Origin: Octopus bimaculoides
Taxonomy: Eukaryota
NCBI RefSeq assembly: GCF_001194135.2
Contig: NC_068983.1
Location: 66,050,009-66,114,008 of the forward strand
Reading direction: 5' to 3'
DNA: 64,000 nt
The translations under genes were made by a program, and so were the position numbers. The notes beneath the pieces were generated by a model. It ran no database searches and was not told where the DNA came from. It was given only the letters and a program-made list of their open reading frames with translations. How positions within the stretch are numbered: position 1 is the stretch's first letter; each line of letters starts with the position of its first letter. This document shows positions 1 through 11,399 of the stretch, one piece after another.

Positions 1-31
<31 letters not shown>

Positions 32-33
<2 letters not shown>

Positions 34-225
34 TGAATTTCAAGTGAACATGAAATAATTTTTTTTGTTTTCGAACAGCGAAATCGGAAGATAAATTTAT
101 GAGTAATAGCGTGTAAATATTGCGTTTTAAAAAACACTTGGATAGAAAATTTCGAAAGCTGCCCGTTGGACTCGAACCCACATTCTTTTGTAAACATGAC
201 AGGAGTTCTACCACTGAGTCGCATG
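32..225 (-). mobile_element. tRNA-like head (A box/B box) plus about 130 bp body ending in (TA)n; candidate SINE or tRNA pseudogene
   Basis: Reverse strand 225-158 reads gcgactcagtggtagaa...gtgggttcgagtccaac (pol III A and B boxes). The acceptor stem does not pair, so it is not a functional tRNA. Confidence 0.4.
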
Positions 226-354
226 TATGGCTTAGTAACATGTACGCTGTTTTCGTTCACTTATTGTTTTAGGTGCCTGTATAGTTGCAAGCAGATTTTA
301 ACACTCACTCGACGCTCCGACACCTTAAACCTAGTGGCACACCTGGATATAACA

Positions 355-490
355 CCTTGGCTGTAGTTCATCTTCATGTGAGTGATCTGGGACAACGTAA
401 AATGAAGTAACTTGCTCAAGGACACGGCGCACCGCTGGATCGCACAACTTTATGATCGTGAGCAAGACACCCTAGCCACAAAGTTAACCA
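355..490 (-). mobile_element. tRNA-headed SINE, family E (degenerate copy)
   Basis: Reverse complement matches the 5050 copy: gtggctagggtgtc...gatcataaagttgtg...gtgtccttgagcaag..acttcattttacgttg. Confidence 0.65.
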
Positions 491-585
491 ATGTTCATAG
501 TATACGCCCGAGTCCTTTCGGCCGATAACGAAATTATTTTATTTCCATGTAGTACTTCTTTCTCGCCTCTTTCTTATATTAGAAA

Positions 586-690
586 CAGTTATCATCATTA
601 TCATCATCATCTTCATCATCATCTTCATCATCATCTTCATCATCATCTTCATCATCATCTTCATCATCATCTTCATCATCATCTTCATCA
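586..690. repeat. (CAT)n / (CATCATCTTCAT)n microsatellite
   Basis: Directly visible tandem repeat. Confidence 0.95.
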
Positions 691-727
691 TAGTCGTCGT
701 TTTTGTTATTATTAATATTATTTACGT

Positions 728-840
728 CTTGAGTTCAAATTCCGCCGCGGTTGACTTTGCCTTTCATTCCTTTGGAGTCGATAAAATATGTACAAGTTGA
801 GCACTGGGGTCCCCATCCCCGAGCTTGCTGGCCTTGTGTC
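728..840 (+). mobile_element. SINE family A, 5'-truncated fragment
   Basis: gagttcaaattccgcc..gactttgcctttcat... matches the body of the copies at 8904 and 10646. Confidence 0.8.
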
Positions 841-844
841 AAAA

Positions 845-878
845 TTACTACTACTACTACTACTACTACTACTATCAC

Positions 879-975
<97 letters not shown>

Positions 976-998
976 TAATTAATTTATTAATTAATTAA
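845..998. repeat. Compound (ACT)n-(ATT/ATC)n-(ATTA)n microsatellite
   Basis: Directly visible. Confidence 0.95.
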
Positions 999-1213
999 GG
1001 CAGTGAGCTGGCAGAATCGTTAGCACGTCGGTCGAAATGCTTAGCGGTGTTTCGTTCGTCATTATGTTCCGAGTTCAAATTCCACTGAGATCGATTTTTT
1101 GACTATCATCCTTTCGGGGTCGATAAATTAAGTACCACTGAAACACTGCGGTCGATGTAATCGACTAGTCTCTTCTCCAGAAACCTCAGGCCTTGTGCCT
1201 TTAGTAGAAAGGA
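999..1213 (+). mobile_element. tRNA-derived SINE family A, full length
   Basis: Head ggcagtgagctggcagaatcgttagc (A box) and gagttcaaattcc (B box), conserved body, (TTA)n tail. Probably one of the published octopus tRNA-derived SINEs (OK/OR types); not verified. Confidence 0.85.
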
Positions 1214-1245
1214 TTATAATTATTATTTATTTATTTATTTAGTGA

Positions 1246-1452
1246 GGCGGTGAGCTGGCAGAACGGCGGACGAAATGCTTTGCGATATTTTTTGTCTGCC
1301 GCTACGTTCTAAGTTCAAATTCTAGGGAGGTCGACTTTGCCATTTCATCCTTTCAGGGTCGATAAATTAAGTACCAGTTGAGTACTGGGGTCGTTGTAAT
1401 CGTCTATCTCCCTCCCCTAAATTTCAGGTCTTGTGCCTATGGTAGGAAGGAT
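1246..1452 (+). mobile_element. SINE family A, full length, head-to-tail with the previous copy
   Basis: Same head, body and tail as 999-1213. Confidence 0.85.
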
Positions 1453-1469
1453 TATTATTATTATTATTA

Positions 1470-1710
1470 GTGTGATTGATGTAATCGACTACTCCCCTCC
1501 CACAAAATTTCTGGCGTTGTGCCTATAGTTGAAAGGATTATTATTATTATTATTAATTAAGGCGACCGCATTTCTTACGGCCTTACGTTCTGAGTTCAAA
1601 TACTTTCATCTTTTCGGGTTCGATATTATAAACGCCCAGTCAAATATTGGGATCGATATAAGCGACCTACCCTCTTTCTGCCTTCAAAATTGCTGGCCTT
1701 GTGCAGTATT
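1470..1710 (+). mobile_element. SINE family A degenerate fragments
   Basis: Tail fragment at about 1475-1540 and an internally deleted copy at about 1560-1710. Confidence 0.65.
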
Positions 1711-2329
1711 ATGAAGTTTGTTCATAAAAGAAAACATATGCAGAGGTGCCAAGCAATTTCCTTTATTCTATCCTTCCTGAAGGAATGAAGCGCAAAGATG
1801 ATTCAGATGGGTTTTTGACATGAAAACATCGTGTTTGACAACCATATTACAAGTCTTATCTACCTGTTAAATTTCTGCTTGCTGCAAGTTATTCCTTAAA
1901 TAGCTCCGTCTAAGAATGCTACAGTTGCCTCCCTTAGATCATGAATTTTAAAACTTGCCAATTAACTTCGGCTAATTCTAACTGAGGTTGATTTCATTTT
2001 CATTCCTTCGAATCCAATAAAATATGTATCATAAATTTACTGAGCTAGATTCAATCAACTATATCCTCCATTGTTCCACAATTTTATGATATCGAGCCTA
2101 TAAAACGAAAATATGTATAAACAATATTTAAAAACAATATTATTTAAAGGAACACTGTTGGCAAGCGGTGAGCTGTCGGCATGTATGCTTGCTACACAAG
2201 GTCTGTTGCTGGTTGAGCGATTTCACTAATATTTCGTGCATGAGGTTTTTAACTGGAGCCATCGGTAGGAAAGTGGTTTCTTTTTGCCGTGCTCACCTGC
2301 CATCGACACAATACTAGTTAAAGATTAAG

Positions 2330-2600
2330 TTTTCGGTGGTGATTCAGCCGTATACAGAAACTTTATGTGGCCATTTGTGCAGCCTTCTGCCGAGGTCGAC
2401 TTTGCTTTTCATCCCACTTTGTGCCCATGCTAGAACCTATTATTTTATTACTAGAGTGCGGTGGATTGTCAGATACGTTAAAATGTCAGACAAAATGCCA
2501 TACAGTATATTTCGGCTCTGGACATTCTGAGTTCGAATCATACCGTGGTTAAATTTGCCTCTCATCCTTCCGGAAGCAACAAAATAAAATACTTGCCATG
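2330..2600 (+). mobile_element. Two degenerate SINE family A copies
   Basis: ccgaggtcgactttgcttttcatcc (about 2390-2415) and ttctgagttcgaatc...tttgcctctcatcctt (about 2525-2570). Confidence 0.6.
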
Positions 2601-3116
2601 TACTAAGATATATTTCATTGATTCGCCTCTTCTTACAAATTTTTAGCCCTGTGATTAAGAATGATTTTTTTTTTTTTTTTTTTNNNNNNNNNNNNNNNNN
2701 NNNNNNNNNNNNNNNNNNNNNNNNNNNNNNNNNNNNNNNNNNNNNNNNNNNNNNNNNNNNNNNNNNNNNNNNNNNNNNNNNNNNNNNNNNNNNNNNNNNN
2801 NNNNNNNNNNNNNNNNNNNNNNNNNNNNNNNNNNNNNNNNNNNNNNNNNNNNNNNNNNNNNNNNNNNNNNNNNNNNNNNNNNNNNNNNNNNNNNNNNNNN
2901 NNNNNNNNNNNNNNNNNNNNNNNNNNNNNNNNNNNNNNNNNNNNNNNNNNNNNNNNNNNNNNNNNNNNNNNNNNNNNNNNNNNNNNNNNNNNNNNNNNNN
3001 NNNNNNNNNNNNNNNNNNNNNNNNNNNNNNNNNNNNNNNNNNNNNNNNNNNNNNNNNNNNNNNNNNNNNNNNNNNNNNNNNNNNNNNNNNNNNNNNNNNN
3101 NNNNNNNNNNNNNNNN

Positions 3117-3149
<33 letters not shown>

Positions 3150-3164
<15 letters not shown>

Positions 3165-3504
3165 TCTTTTATTCTCTTACTCGTTTCAGTCATTAGACTG
3201 CGACCATGCTAATCAACCGCAGTACTTATTTTTAAGACTGGTACTTATGGTACTTATTCTAACGGAATGCTTTGCCAAGCCGCTAAATTACGTGGACATA
3301 AAGACATAAGCACCTGTTGTCAAGCGGTGATGGGGGACAAACACACACACATAGATGCACACACATACACGGGTATGTATGTGAGGTTAAGCAGTTTGCT
3401 TCGCATTCACTTGTGTCCAGGTTTGATCCCACGACGGCAAGATCTTGATCGCATATGCCTTCTATTTTAGCCCCAGATTGACCCAAACTTTGTCTGAGAA
3501 CTCC

Positions 3505-3566
<62 letters not shown>

Positions 3567-4010
3567 ATATATATATATATATATATATTACTATACTTTT
3601 GGTATTCGTATACTATTTTTTCCACATAGTTTTGCACTTATGTGCTCNNNNNNNNNNNNNNNNNNNNNNNNNNNNNNNNNNNNNNNNNNNNNNNNNNNNN
3701 NNNNNNNNNNNNNNNNNNNNNNNNNNNNNNNNNNNNNNNNNNNNNNNNNNNNNNNNNNNNNNNNNNNNNNNNNNNNNNNNNNNNNNNNNNNNNNNNNNNN
3801 NNNNNNNNNNNNNNNNNNNNNNNNNNNNTATATATATATATATATACACACACATATACGACTGGTTTCTTTCATTTTCTGTGTACCAAATCCACTCACA
3901 AGGCTTTGGGCGACCAAGGCTAGAGTAGAAAACACTTCCCCAAGCTGGTACGCAGTGGGACTGAACCCCCAGGACCATGTTGTTGGGAAGCAAACTTCTT
4001 ACGCCACAAC
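3150..4010 (-). mobile_element. SINE family B (tRNA head + body + internal microsatellite + 3' part), split by microsatellite and N-gap
   Basis: The 3' part at 3150-3360 and the head part at 3858-4010 both match the intact copies at 41284 and 47832. Confidence 0.65.
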
Positions 4011-4597
4011 TCTAAAAACTTAGTTAAAGCGGATCGATGTTTCTGCGTTGACAAGACACTATAAATTTGTTGATGGAAATAAATTTTCAATACAATTATT
4101 CACTTATAGAAGAAGACTTCATTAGCTCACTCGAACTAGTAACAAAATCAAATGGCGAGTTACTGTTTCATGATCTATCACCGATATTATGCCATTCTTG
4201 GATAGGGACATGAATCCCTAAGCGTATGGTAAGTAGTACAACTTACTAAAAATCCTGTGAGCTGTACGTAACCTCTCTGTCTCTTTCAAAGATACCCTTA
4301 TTTATATATGTAGGGTCACTATTTTATTCAGCTAATTATCATCTCTCAATGTAACTCATGACAATGCGGATAACAAAATCAGCAATAACAATTAACAAAC
4401 ATTAAAAAAAAAACACAGATATAGACACGATGTGTATAACTTTGTTAATTGCAATATGCGACTGCTACTTTATGTTCATAGACCCTGAGGGGATGAAACT
4501 CAAAGTTAGCATTTACAGGGTTTGAACACACGACCTAAAAGGAAAATAAACGAAATTGAATGCAGCGAGGCCAGCTGTCTACTTTTACAGTCGATAA

Positions 4598-4629
<32 letters not shown>

Positions 4630-5049
4630 GACTGCTGCTACTGCTGCTACTACTACTACTACTACTACTACTACTAGCAATATCAGTATCAACACCGTAA
4701 GGCAATCAACAAAAGCGTACATTTCACTTAATAGAATACAACGGTCCAAGGGAGACTACTCATAGAAAACTGTAAATTATAAAAATGCTTTGCGATTACT
4801 ATATGCACGGGTGAGAGTCTTTGCATACACACACACACACACACATCAAGTTAAAACACAAATAACCAGATATTACTGAAAAGAACCACAAGAAAAACGT
4901 ATGCTCTCTTGTCAAAAACAGCTGCTCTGTGAATACCCATGGAGTTAGAAAAATGCATGAGAAAGACATCTATGACACTATATAGAGAAGACTGGAAATC
5001 CAGTATCCAAGATACATTTTCAGCTTCATGCCTATTTATTATAGGCACA

Positions 5050-5275
5050 GTGGAGGCGCATGGTTTAGTGGTTAGAGTGTCTGAGTCATGATCGTAAGAT
5101 TGTGGTTTCGATTCCTGAACCGGACTACGCGTTGTGTTCTTGAGCAAAATACGTTGCTCCAGCTGACAAAAATGAGTAACGCTGTGATGGACCGGCGTCC
5201 CGTTCAGGTGGGAAATTCATACGCCAGGAAACCGACCTTTATGAGTCGGCATGACCAGTGAAGGTAACTTTACCT
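5050..5275 (+). mobile_element. tRNA-headed SINE family E
   Basis: A box tggtttagtggttagag, B box ggtttcgattcc, then gcgttgtgttcttgagcaaaa...gatggaccggcgtcccg. Confidence 0.8.
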
Positions 5276-5329
<54 letters not shown>

Positions 5330-5334
5330 TTTTA

Positions 5335-5500
5335 CCGGGCGACGCGTTGTGTTCTTGAGCAAAATACTTCATTTCACGTTGCTCCAGTCCACTCAGCTGG
5401 CAAAAACGAGTAATCCTGCAATGGACCGGCAAGGAATATATACGCTACGGAAACCGGGAAGCCGACCCATATGAGTCTGTGTGATTCGGAAAGGAACTTT
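5335..5500 (+). mobile_element. SINE family E, 5'-truncated copy behind a poly(T) tract
   Basis: Repeats gcgttgtgttcttgagcaaaatac...gttgctccag...cagctg of the 5050 copy. Confidence 0.75.
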
Positions 5501-6106
5501 ACTTTATTATAAGACGGATATGATATATACCAGCCTGCCCTGAGAAAAGCATGGCTGAATTTGGATTCTTGGGGAGAGAATGCAACTCCTTAATTCATAC
5601 GCTAATTTATTGCAATATCTAGGTCAATAAAATCTGCAAAAGCCTTATTTATATTTAAAGGATGATGAAGGGACATGGTGTTCATTTTCATACCCTTGCT
5701 ACCAAGCAGGTGGCCGGTCAAAATGAAACTGGTCTTGTTTTTTTTTTGTTTTTTTTTTGCCTTGTCAGTGACCATCCATTCATTTTTATATATATACATA
5801 CACACATACATACATACATATATACATACATACAGACAGACAGACAGACATTATTGGCGCCCTGGGATATGTAACACACTGCCTAAATATCAATCTTGAG
5901 AAATTAGGCTTCTCAAAACCAGAAAGGAGAAAGCTAATTCGAAGACTACAGATCCAATCAATCACTGGAACTGTAACAATCTGTAAAAATTTCCAGTAGT
6001 TTATCATTTAAATATATATGAGTATGTCTAGATACTCAACTATATGCATGAGAATACATACATAAAACATACAAATCTGTACATGCATACATACATACAT
6101 ACATAC

Positions 6107-6206
6107 CTTGTTGTTGATGTTGAAATTCCAGTGAAGGAGCTTTGGATCTAGGTTAGAAACCGGTTCTTTCTCTATTGGCAAGAAATCTTGAAATAAACTG
6201 AATAAT
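6107..6206 (+). repeat. Short element in (ACAT)n with a hammerhead-like fold and divergent core (possible Penelope pLTR relic)
   Basis: ccagtgaag-gagctt tggatct aggtta-gaaaccggtt: hairpin followed by GAAAC and palindromic ACCGGT. Confidence 0.3.
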
Positions 6207-6400
6207 CTTATTTACTCTAGGCACAAGGCCCGAAGGTTTGGGGAGGGGTCAGTCGATTACATCGACTCCAGTACGCAACTGGTACTTAATTTATCTACCC
6301 TGAAAGGATGGAAGGCAAAGTCGACCTCGACAGAATTTGAACTCAGAACGTAAAGACAGACGAAATACCTCTAAGCATTCCACCCGGCGTGCTAACATTT
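6207..6400 (-). mobile_element. SINE family A, tail type 1
   Basis: Reverse complement of the family A body with the ...ccttgtgcctagagta tail. Confidence 0.8.
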
Positions 6401-6401
6401 C

Positions 6402-6633
6402 TTATTTCTTTATTGCCCACAAGGGGCCAAACATAGAGAGGACAAACAAGGACAGACAAAGGGATTAAGTCGATTAGATCGACCCCAGTACGCAACTGGT
6501 ACTTAATTTATCGACCCCAAAAGGATGAAAGGCAAAGTCGACCTCGGCGGAATTTGAACTCAGGGCGTAACGGCAGACGAATTACCGCTAAGCATTTCGT
6601 CCGGCGTGCTAACGTTTCTGCCAGCTCGCCGCC
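6402..6633 (-). mobile_element. SINE family A, full length, tail type 2
   Basis: Head ggcggcgagctggcagaaacgttagc at 6633 downward; tail ...tgtttgtcctctctatgtttggccccttgtgggcaataaagaaata. Confidence 0.85.
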
Positions 6634-7084
6634 TAAGATAAATCGAATAATGACATACATACATACAAACATACACATAAACATACATACATACATACAT
6701 ACATACATACATACATACACGTATGCATACATATACACTCATACACTTATCTGCAAGAAATAGCAGCGATGTGTATCGTCGTACTGGAAAATAGAAAGTC
6801 ACAATGGATAATGTAGTCTGAGTGAAAGTCGTGGTGGAACGCCTTTCATCAAAAGAGCTGCTCTGTCAGAGCTGGCTTGAAGCTAAACAACGTCATTAAC
6901 ATCATCGGTATTGTCAGCGTGGTGGTCATTACCTTCATTACCGTCTTACAAGTAGCAGTACAGATAATAGTAGTCATCGTCGTAGAAGTTATCGTTGAAG
7001 TCGTACTCGTAGTAGTCGTAGTCGTCGTCGTCGCTGACGTAGTCGTAATTGTTCCCATCATCACCATTACTACAAATATAAGTA

Positions 7085-7362
7085 TGAGGACGTATCTTGC
7101 TTTCAAGAAGCTGACAGCGATAATGCCAGAAAGAGTAGCCTCTCTTTGACCTGTGATAGATGAAATACATCTCGACCGGTGCTCTGCAATTTTTTCCCAC
7201 TTGCGGTACACTTATACTCTTTTCAAAGTTCGGCAGCACACCTGAACTAAAAATATAACTAAAAGTAGAAGGAAAAAAATAATATTCAGGCTTACACTGC
7301 GGCACACGTAGCATCGTTTCATGACACACCAGTGTGCCGCGACATACCGGTTGTGGAGCACT
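7085..7362 (+). mobile_element. hAT (Buster/Charlie-type) 3' end remnant
   Basis: Translates TYLAFKKLTAI.., like the hAT dimerisation-domain C-terminus. The end reads cagtgctccacaaccggtatgtcgcggcacactggtgtg on the reverse strand, a Charlie/Buster-like terminus. Confidence 0.5.
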
Positions 7363-7541
7363 GATCAAAACTACGAAGGATAGAATAGAAGGACAGAAGG
7401 ATTTCTCCTTCCAGCATTCATGAAAAAGGGGTTTTCTGTTTTGTTTTAATATTTTTTTTAAATAGCTTTGTCAGAAATGGCACTAAGAGTCCCTTTCAAG
7501 GCATCCATGTCTTATGGAAGTAGAGAGGAGATTACTTTTCT

Positions 7542-7605
<64 letters not shown>

Positions 7606-7848
7606 NNNNNNNNNNNNNNNNNNNNNNNNNNNNNNNNNNNNNNNNNNNNNNNNNNNNNNNNNNNNNNNNNNNNNNNNNNNNNNNNNNNNNNNNNNNNNNN
7701 NNNNNNNNNNNNNNNNNNNNNNNNNNNNNNNNNNNNNNNNNNNNNNNNNNNNNNNNNNNNNNNNNNNNNNNNNNNNNNNNNNNNNNNNNNNNNNNNNNNN
7801 NNNNNNNNNNNNNNNNNNNNNNNNNNNNNNNNNNNNNNNNNNNNNNNN

Positions 7849-7894
<46 letters not shown>

Positions 7895-8903
7895 GGAGAC
7901 CACTAGGTGGACTGTTAATGTGCTAGAAGAGGATCACATGTAATGCGTCTACTAAGACCGAATTGTTCTCAAAGAAAATTTAGCGAAGCAACAAAACGTA
8001 TACGGGCAAGATAAGTGAAAATTACAAAAATACATACAAAGTTATCTGCAAAATATATACATTGAGATCTCAGATATTTTTTCCTGAATCTCTTTGATTC
8101 TTTTAATGTGCTTGTTCCCTGGTTTGATATTAATTGATATTAATATCCAATTTTTTACCCTACTGTTTTAATATATATATACATATATATATATACANNN
8201 NNNNNNNNNNNNNNNNNNNNNNNNNNNNNNNNNNNNNNNNNNNNNNNNNNNNNNNNNNNNNNNNNNNNNNNNNNNNNNNNNNNNNNNNNNNNNNNNNNNN
8301 NNNNNNNNNNNNNNNNNNNNNNNNNNNNNNNNNNNNNNNNNNNNNNNNNNNNNNNNNNNNNNNNNNNNNNNNNNNNNNNNNNNNNNNNNNNNNNNNNNNN
8401 NNNNNNNNNNNNNNNNNNNNNNNNNNNNNNNNNNNNNNNNNNNNNNNNNNNNNNNNNNNNNNNNNNNNNNNNNNNNNNNNNNNNNNNNNNNNNNNNNNNN
8501 NNNNNNNNNNNNNNNNNNNNNNNNNNNNNNNNNNNNNNNNNNNNNNNNNNNNNNNNNNNNNNNNNNNNNNNNNNNNNNNNNNNNNNNNNNNNNNNNNNNN
8601 NNNNNNNNNNNNNNNNNNNNNNNNNNNNNNNNNNNNNNNNNNNNNNNNNNNNNNNNNNNNNNNNNNNNNNNNNNNNNNNNNNNNNNNNNNNNNNNNNNNN
8701 NNNNNNNNNNNNNNNNNNNNNNNNNNNNNNNNNNNNNNNNNNNNNNNNNNNNNNNNNNNNNNNNNNNNNNNNNNNNNNNNNNNNNNNNNNNNNNNNNNNN
8801 NNNNNNNNNNNNNNNNNNNNNNNNNNNNNNNNNNNNNNNNNNNNNNNNNNNNNNNNNNNNNNNNNNNNNNNNNNNNNNNNNNTCAATATTAGATTTTCAT
8901 CGA

Positions 8904-9118
8904 GGCGGCGAGCTGGCAGAAACGTTAGCAGGCCAGGCGAAATGCTTAGCGGTATTTCATCTGTCTTTACATTCTGAGCTCAAATTCCGCCGAAGTCGAC
9001 TTTGCCTTTCATCCTTTCGAGATCGATAAATTAAGTACCAGTTGCGTACTGAAGTCGATCTAATCGACTGGCCTCCTCCCCAACAATTTCGGACCTTGTG
9101 CCTAGAGTAGAAAAGAAT
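8904..9118 (+). mobile_element. SINE family A, full length, tail type 1, CpG-intact
   Basis: ggcggcgagctggcagaaacgttagc...gccttgtgcctagagtagaaaagaat. Confidence 0.9.
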
Positions 9119-9154
9119 ATTAGAATATCAAATGCGCTGTACAAGAGTAGAAAA

Positions 9155-9311
9155 CAGGCGCGGTCCCAGGAATTTTTTGAAAGGAGGGCACAAGGTCAGA
9201 AGAGAATACAATTCCAGGAGGAAAGGACGTAATAACATTATTTAGAAGGGGCGCACTTCTTTTCTTGAATGGGGTACGTGTCCCTTAGGTTCCCACTTGG
9301 GTTCGCTCCTG
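9155..9311. mobile_element. Candidate MITE, 157 bp
   Basis: Imperfect TIRs caggcgcggtcccagg / (rc) caggagcgaacccaag; GAAAA directly flanks both sides (9150-9154 and 9312-9316). Confidence 0.5.
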
Positions 9312-9339
9312 GAAAATATTACAAATATTCATATCCACT

Positions 9340-10600
9340 TTCGTATAACTGGAAATTTATATCGGCTCTCTTAGATGAACTTTAAAAGCAAGGTCTTTAA
9401 ATCTCATATTAAAGATCTCCTTGCTGATTACTGTGGCATATTATTTCACTGTGAGATCGGCTTAAAGCATTTGATGCTGCCTCTGGTAACTTAGGAATGC
9501 TAACTAAACTGTGGTAATGTATCAACCCGCACCAGGGTAGGCCCGTAGGTTCCTCGGACATATGTGAAAGATGAAGAGTTGGGTATTGTCAATTCTTTTA
9601 AACACATCGGCAGGATGGTTAACTCAAAGGAACTTTGGACACAGAAGTTGCATCTCGCATTCAACAAGCGGTAAAGTATTTTGGTTGTCTTGAGAATCGT
9701 GTGTAGTTACAACGCTATGTTAAGGTCAGCACAAAATTTCGGTTTATTGTGCATTTGTACCATCCTCCTTTCTTTATGCGTTGGAAACATGAACTGTTTA
9801 CAAGCAACACATAAAATCCTTAGAAGGTTTTCATCAAAGGTGTCTTCCTCAAATTCTAAGGATTAGCAGGAAATCGTTTACATTAGATATAGAGGTTTTA
9901 GAGAGACCAGGAATCTCATCGATTCGCACTATGCAGGTTTCCAATCAGCTAAAGTGAACTAGCCATTTAATGTAGATGGAGGATGAGAGCATCTTTAAGC
10001 AGGTTTTCTATGGAGACCTATCTGCTGGGAAGCGAAAACAGAGTAAACCAAGGGGAAAAAAACGGTATAAAGACCTGCTAAAGACCAGTTTTGTGGAGTT
10101 GAATATATCATACAAAAACGTTGGATTTATTGCTCTTGATGCAAATATATAGTAAAAAAAAGAACTGGTCTGGAGTAGAAGATTTTGAAGAAAACAAACT
10201 AAGGTATGCAAAAATGAAAAGAGTACGACTAAAAGGTAATACAGAAATAGAGACATTCTTCAGTTGTTCAGCGTATGCTAAGACTTCTTTTCTAAGGCTG
10301 CTTAACTTCACATCTCAGATTTCATCTTCATACAGATGGCTCACGCACGTATGCCATATTTGTAGTGAAACATGTGAATCCCACACTGGTCTAAAAAGGC
10401 ATTTAAATATCCACAAAGACGAGACAAGCAACACTGTGCTACTTGTGGTGAGACATATTTGCATTGTTTGCTATGTAAATTCCAAACAGCTCTCAGGACT
10501 CAAAAGCCACTTACGTGCACGTGCACGGAAAAACCATACCTTACAAGAAGTGGTCAAGCTTTGAATAAGAATAGATTACCTCTATGCATCTGTATGTACT
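9340..10600 (+). mobile_element. RTE-clade LINE, 5'-truncated and decayed, with three C-terminal C2H2 zinc fingers
   Basis: Frameshifted translation ADYCGILFHCE (RT FADDC motif), GTLDTEVASRIQQA, EGFHQRCL..IL; C-terminal CHICSETCESHTGLKRHLNIH and CIVCYVNSKQLSGLKSHLRAR. Confidence 0.85.
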
Positions 10601-10601
10601 T

Positions 10602-10645
<44 letters not shown>

Positions 10646-10647
<2 letters not shown>

Positions 10648-10872
10648 TGAGCTGGCAGAAACGTTAGCACGCCGGGCGAAATGCATGGCGGTATTTCGTC
10701 TGCCGCTACGTTCTGAGTTCAAATTCCGCCGAGGTCGACTTTGCCTTTCATCCTTTCGGGGTCGATTGAATAAGTACCAGTTACGCACTGGGTTCGATAT
10801 AGTCGATTTAATCCGTTTGTCTGACTTTGTTTGTCCCCTCTGTGTGTATCCCCTTGTGGGTAGTAAAGAAAT
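10646..10872 (+). mobile_element. SINE family A, near full length, tail type 2, inserted after (CA)n
   Basis: ggtgagctggcagaaacgttagcacgccgggcg...ccccttgtgggtagtaaagaaata. Confidence 0.9.
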
Positions 10873-11399
10873 AACACACACACACATACATTTATATATG
10901 TGAAATATGCGCGAGGGAAAAAATATTTGGTGGTGTTTAACTTCCAGGTCAACTTTACCTTTTTCACCCCTGAGGTCAATAAAATAGGTACCGGACAAAG
11001 TACTAAGGTTGTTATTGTCGTCTAAGACCTCCGAAGGTGAGACTCAACGAGTGAAAGCATTTACAGAATAAAAGAATACATATTTACTTATATTCTTATG
11101 CAGTCACGCACATGCGCACGTGCTAGCATTATGTAGAAGAATAGAGGTCGGATGTTAGTCTGCAGATGCGAACTTTCCTATTGATTTTAGAGAGAAAGAG
11201 AATATTAATGGATAACTTTGATTCTTCCAACGAGTTTGCCTGTCTCTACATAAGTTATGGCTGCTTCGTGGAGAAGCAAGGATAAATTGCTGCTTTACTG
11301 ATTCCAAGCTCAATGAAAGCAACTGTTCCCTACCAAACCAGCCGGAAGTATGTAGCAACTATTTCCAACTGAGCATACCCGAAGAACCCAATGGCCCAC

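Noticed and set aside
2440-3212. Long ORFs spanning N-runs (also 7468-7906, 8134-8892, 26499-27360, 29226-30096, 33252-33854, 43053-44189, 49331-50305)
   Set aside because: They stay open only because N codons are not stops; the flanks are microsatellites.
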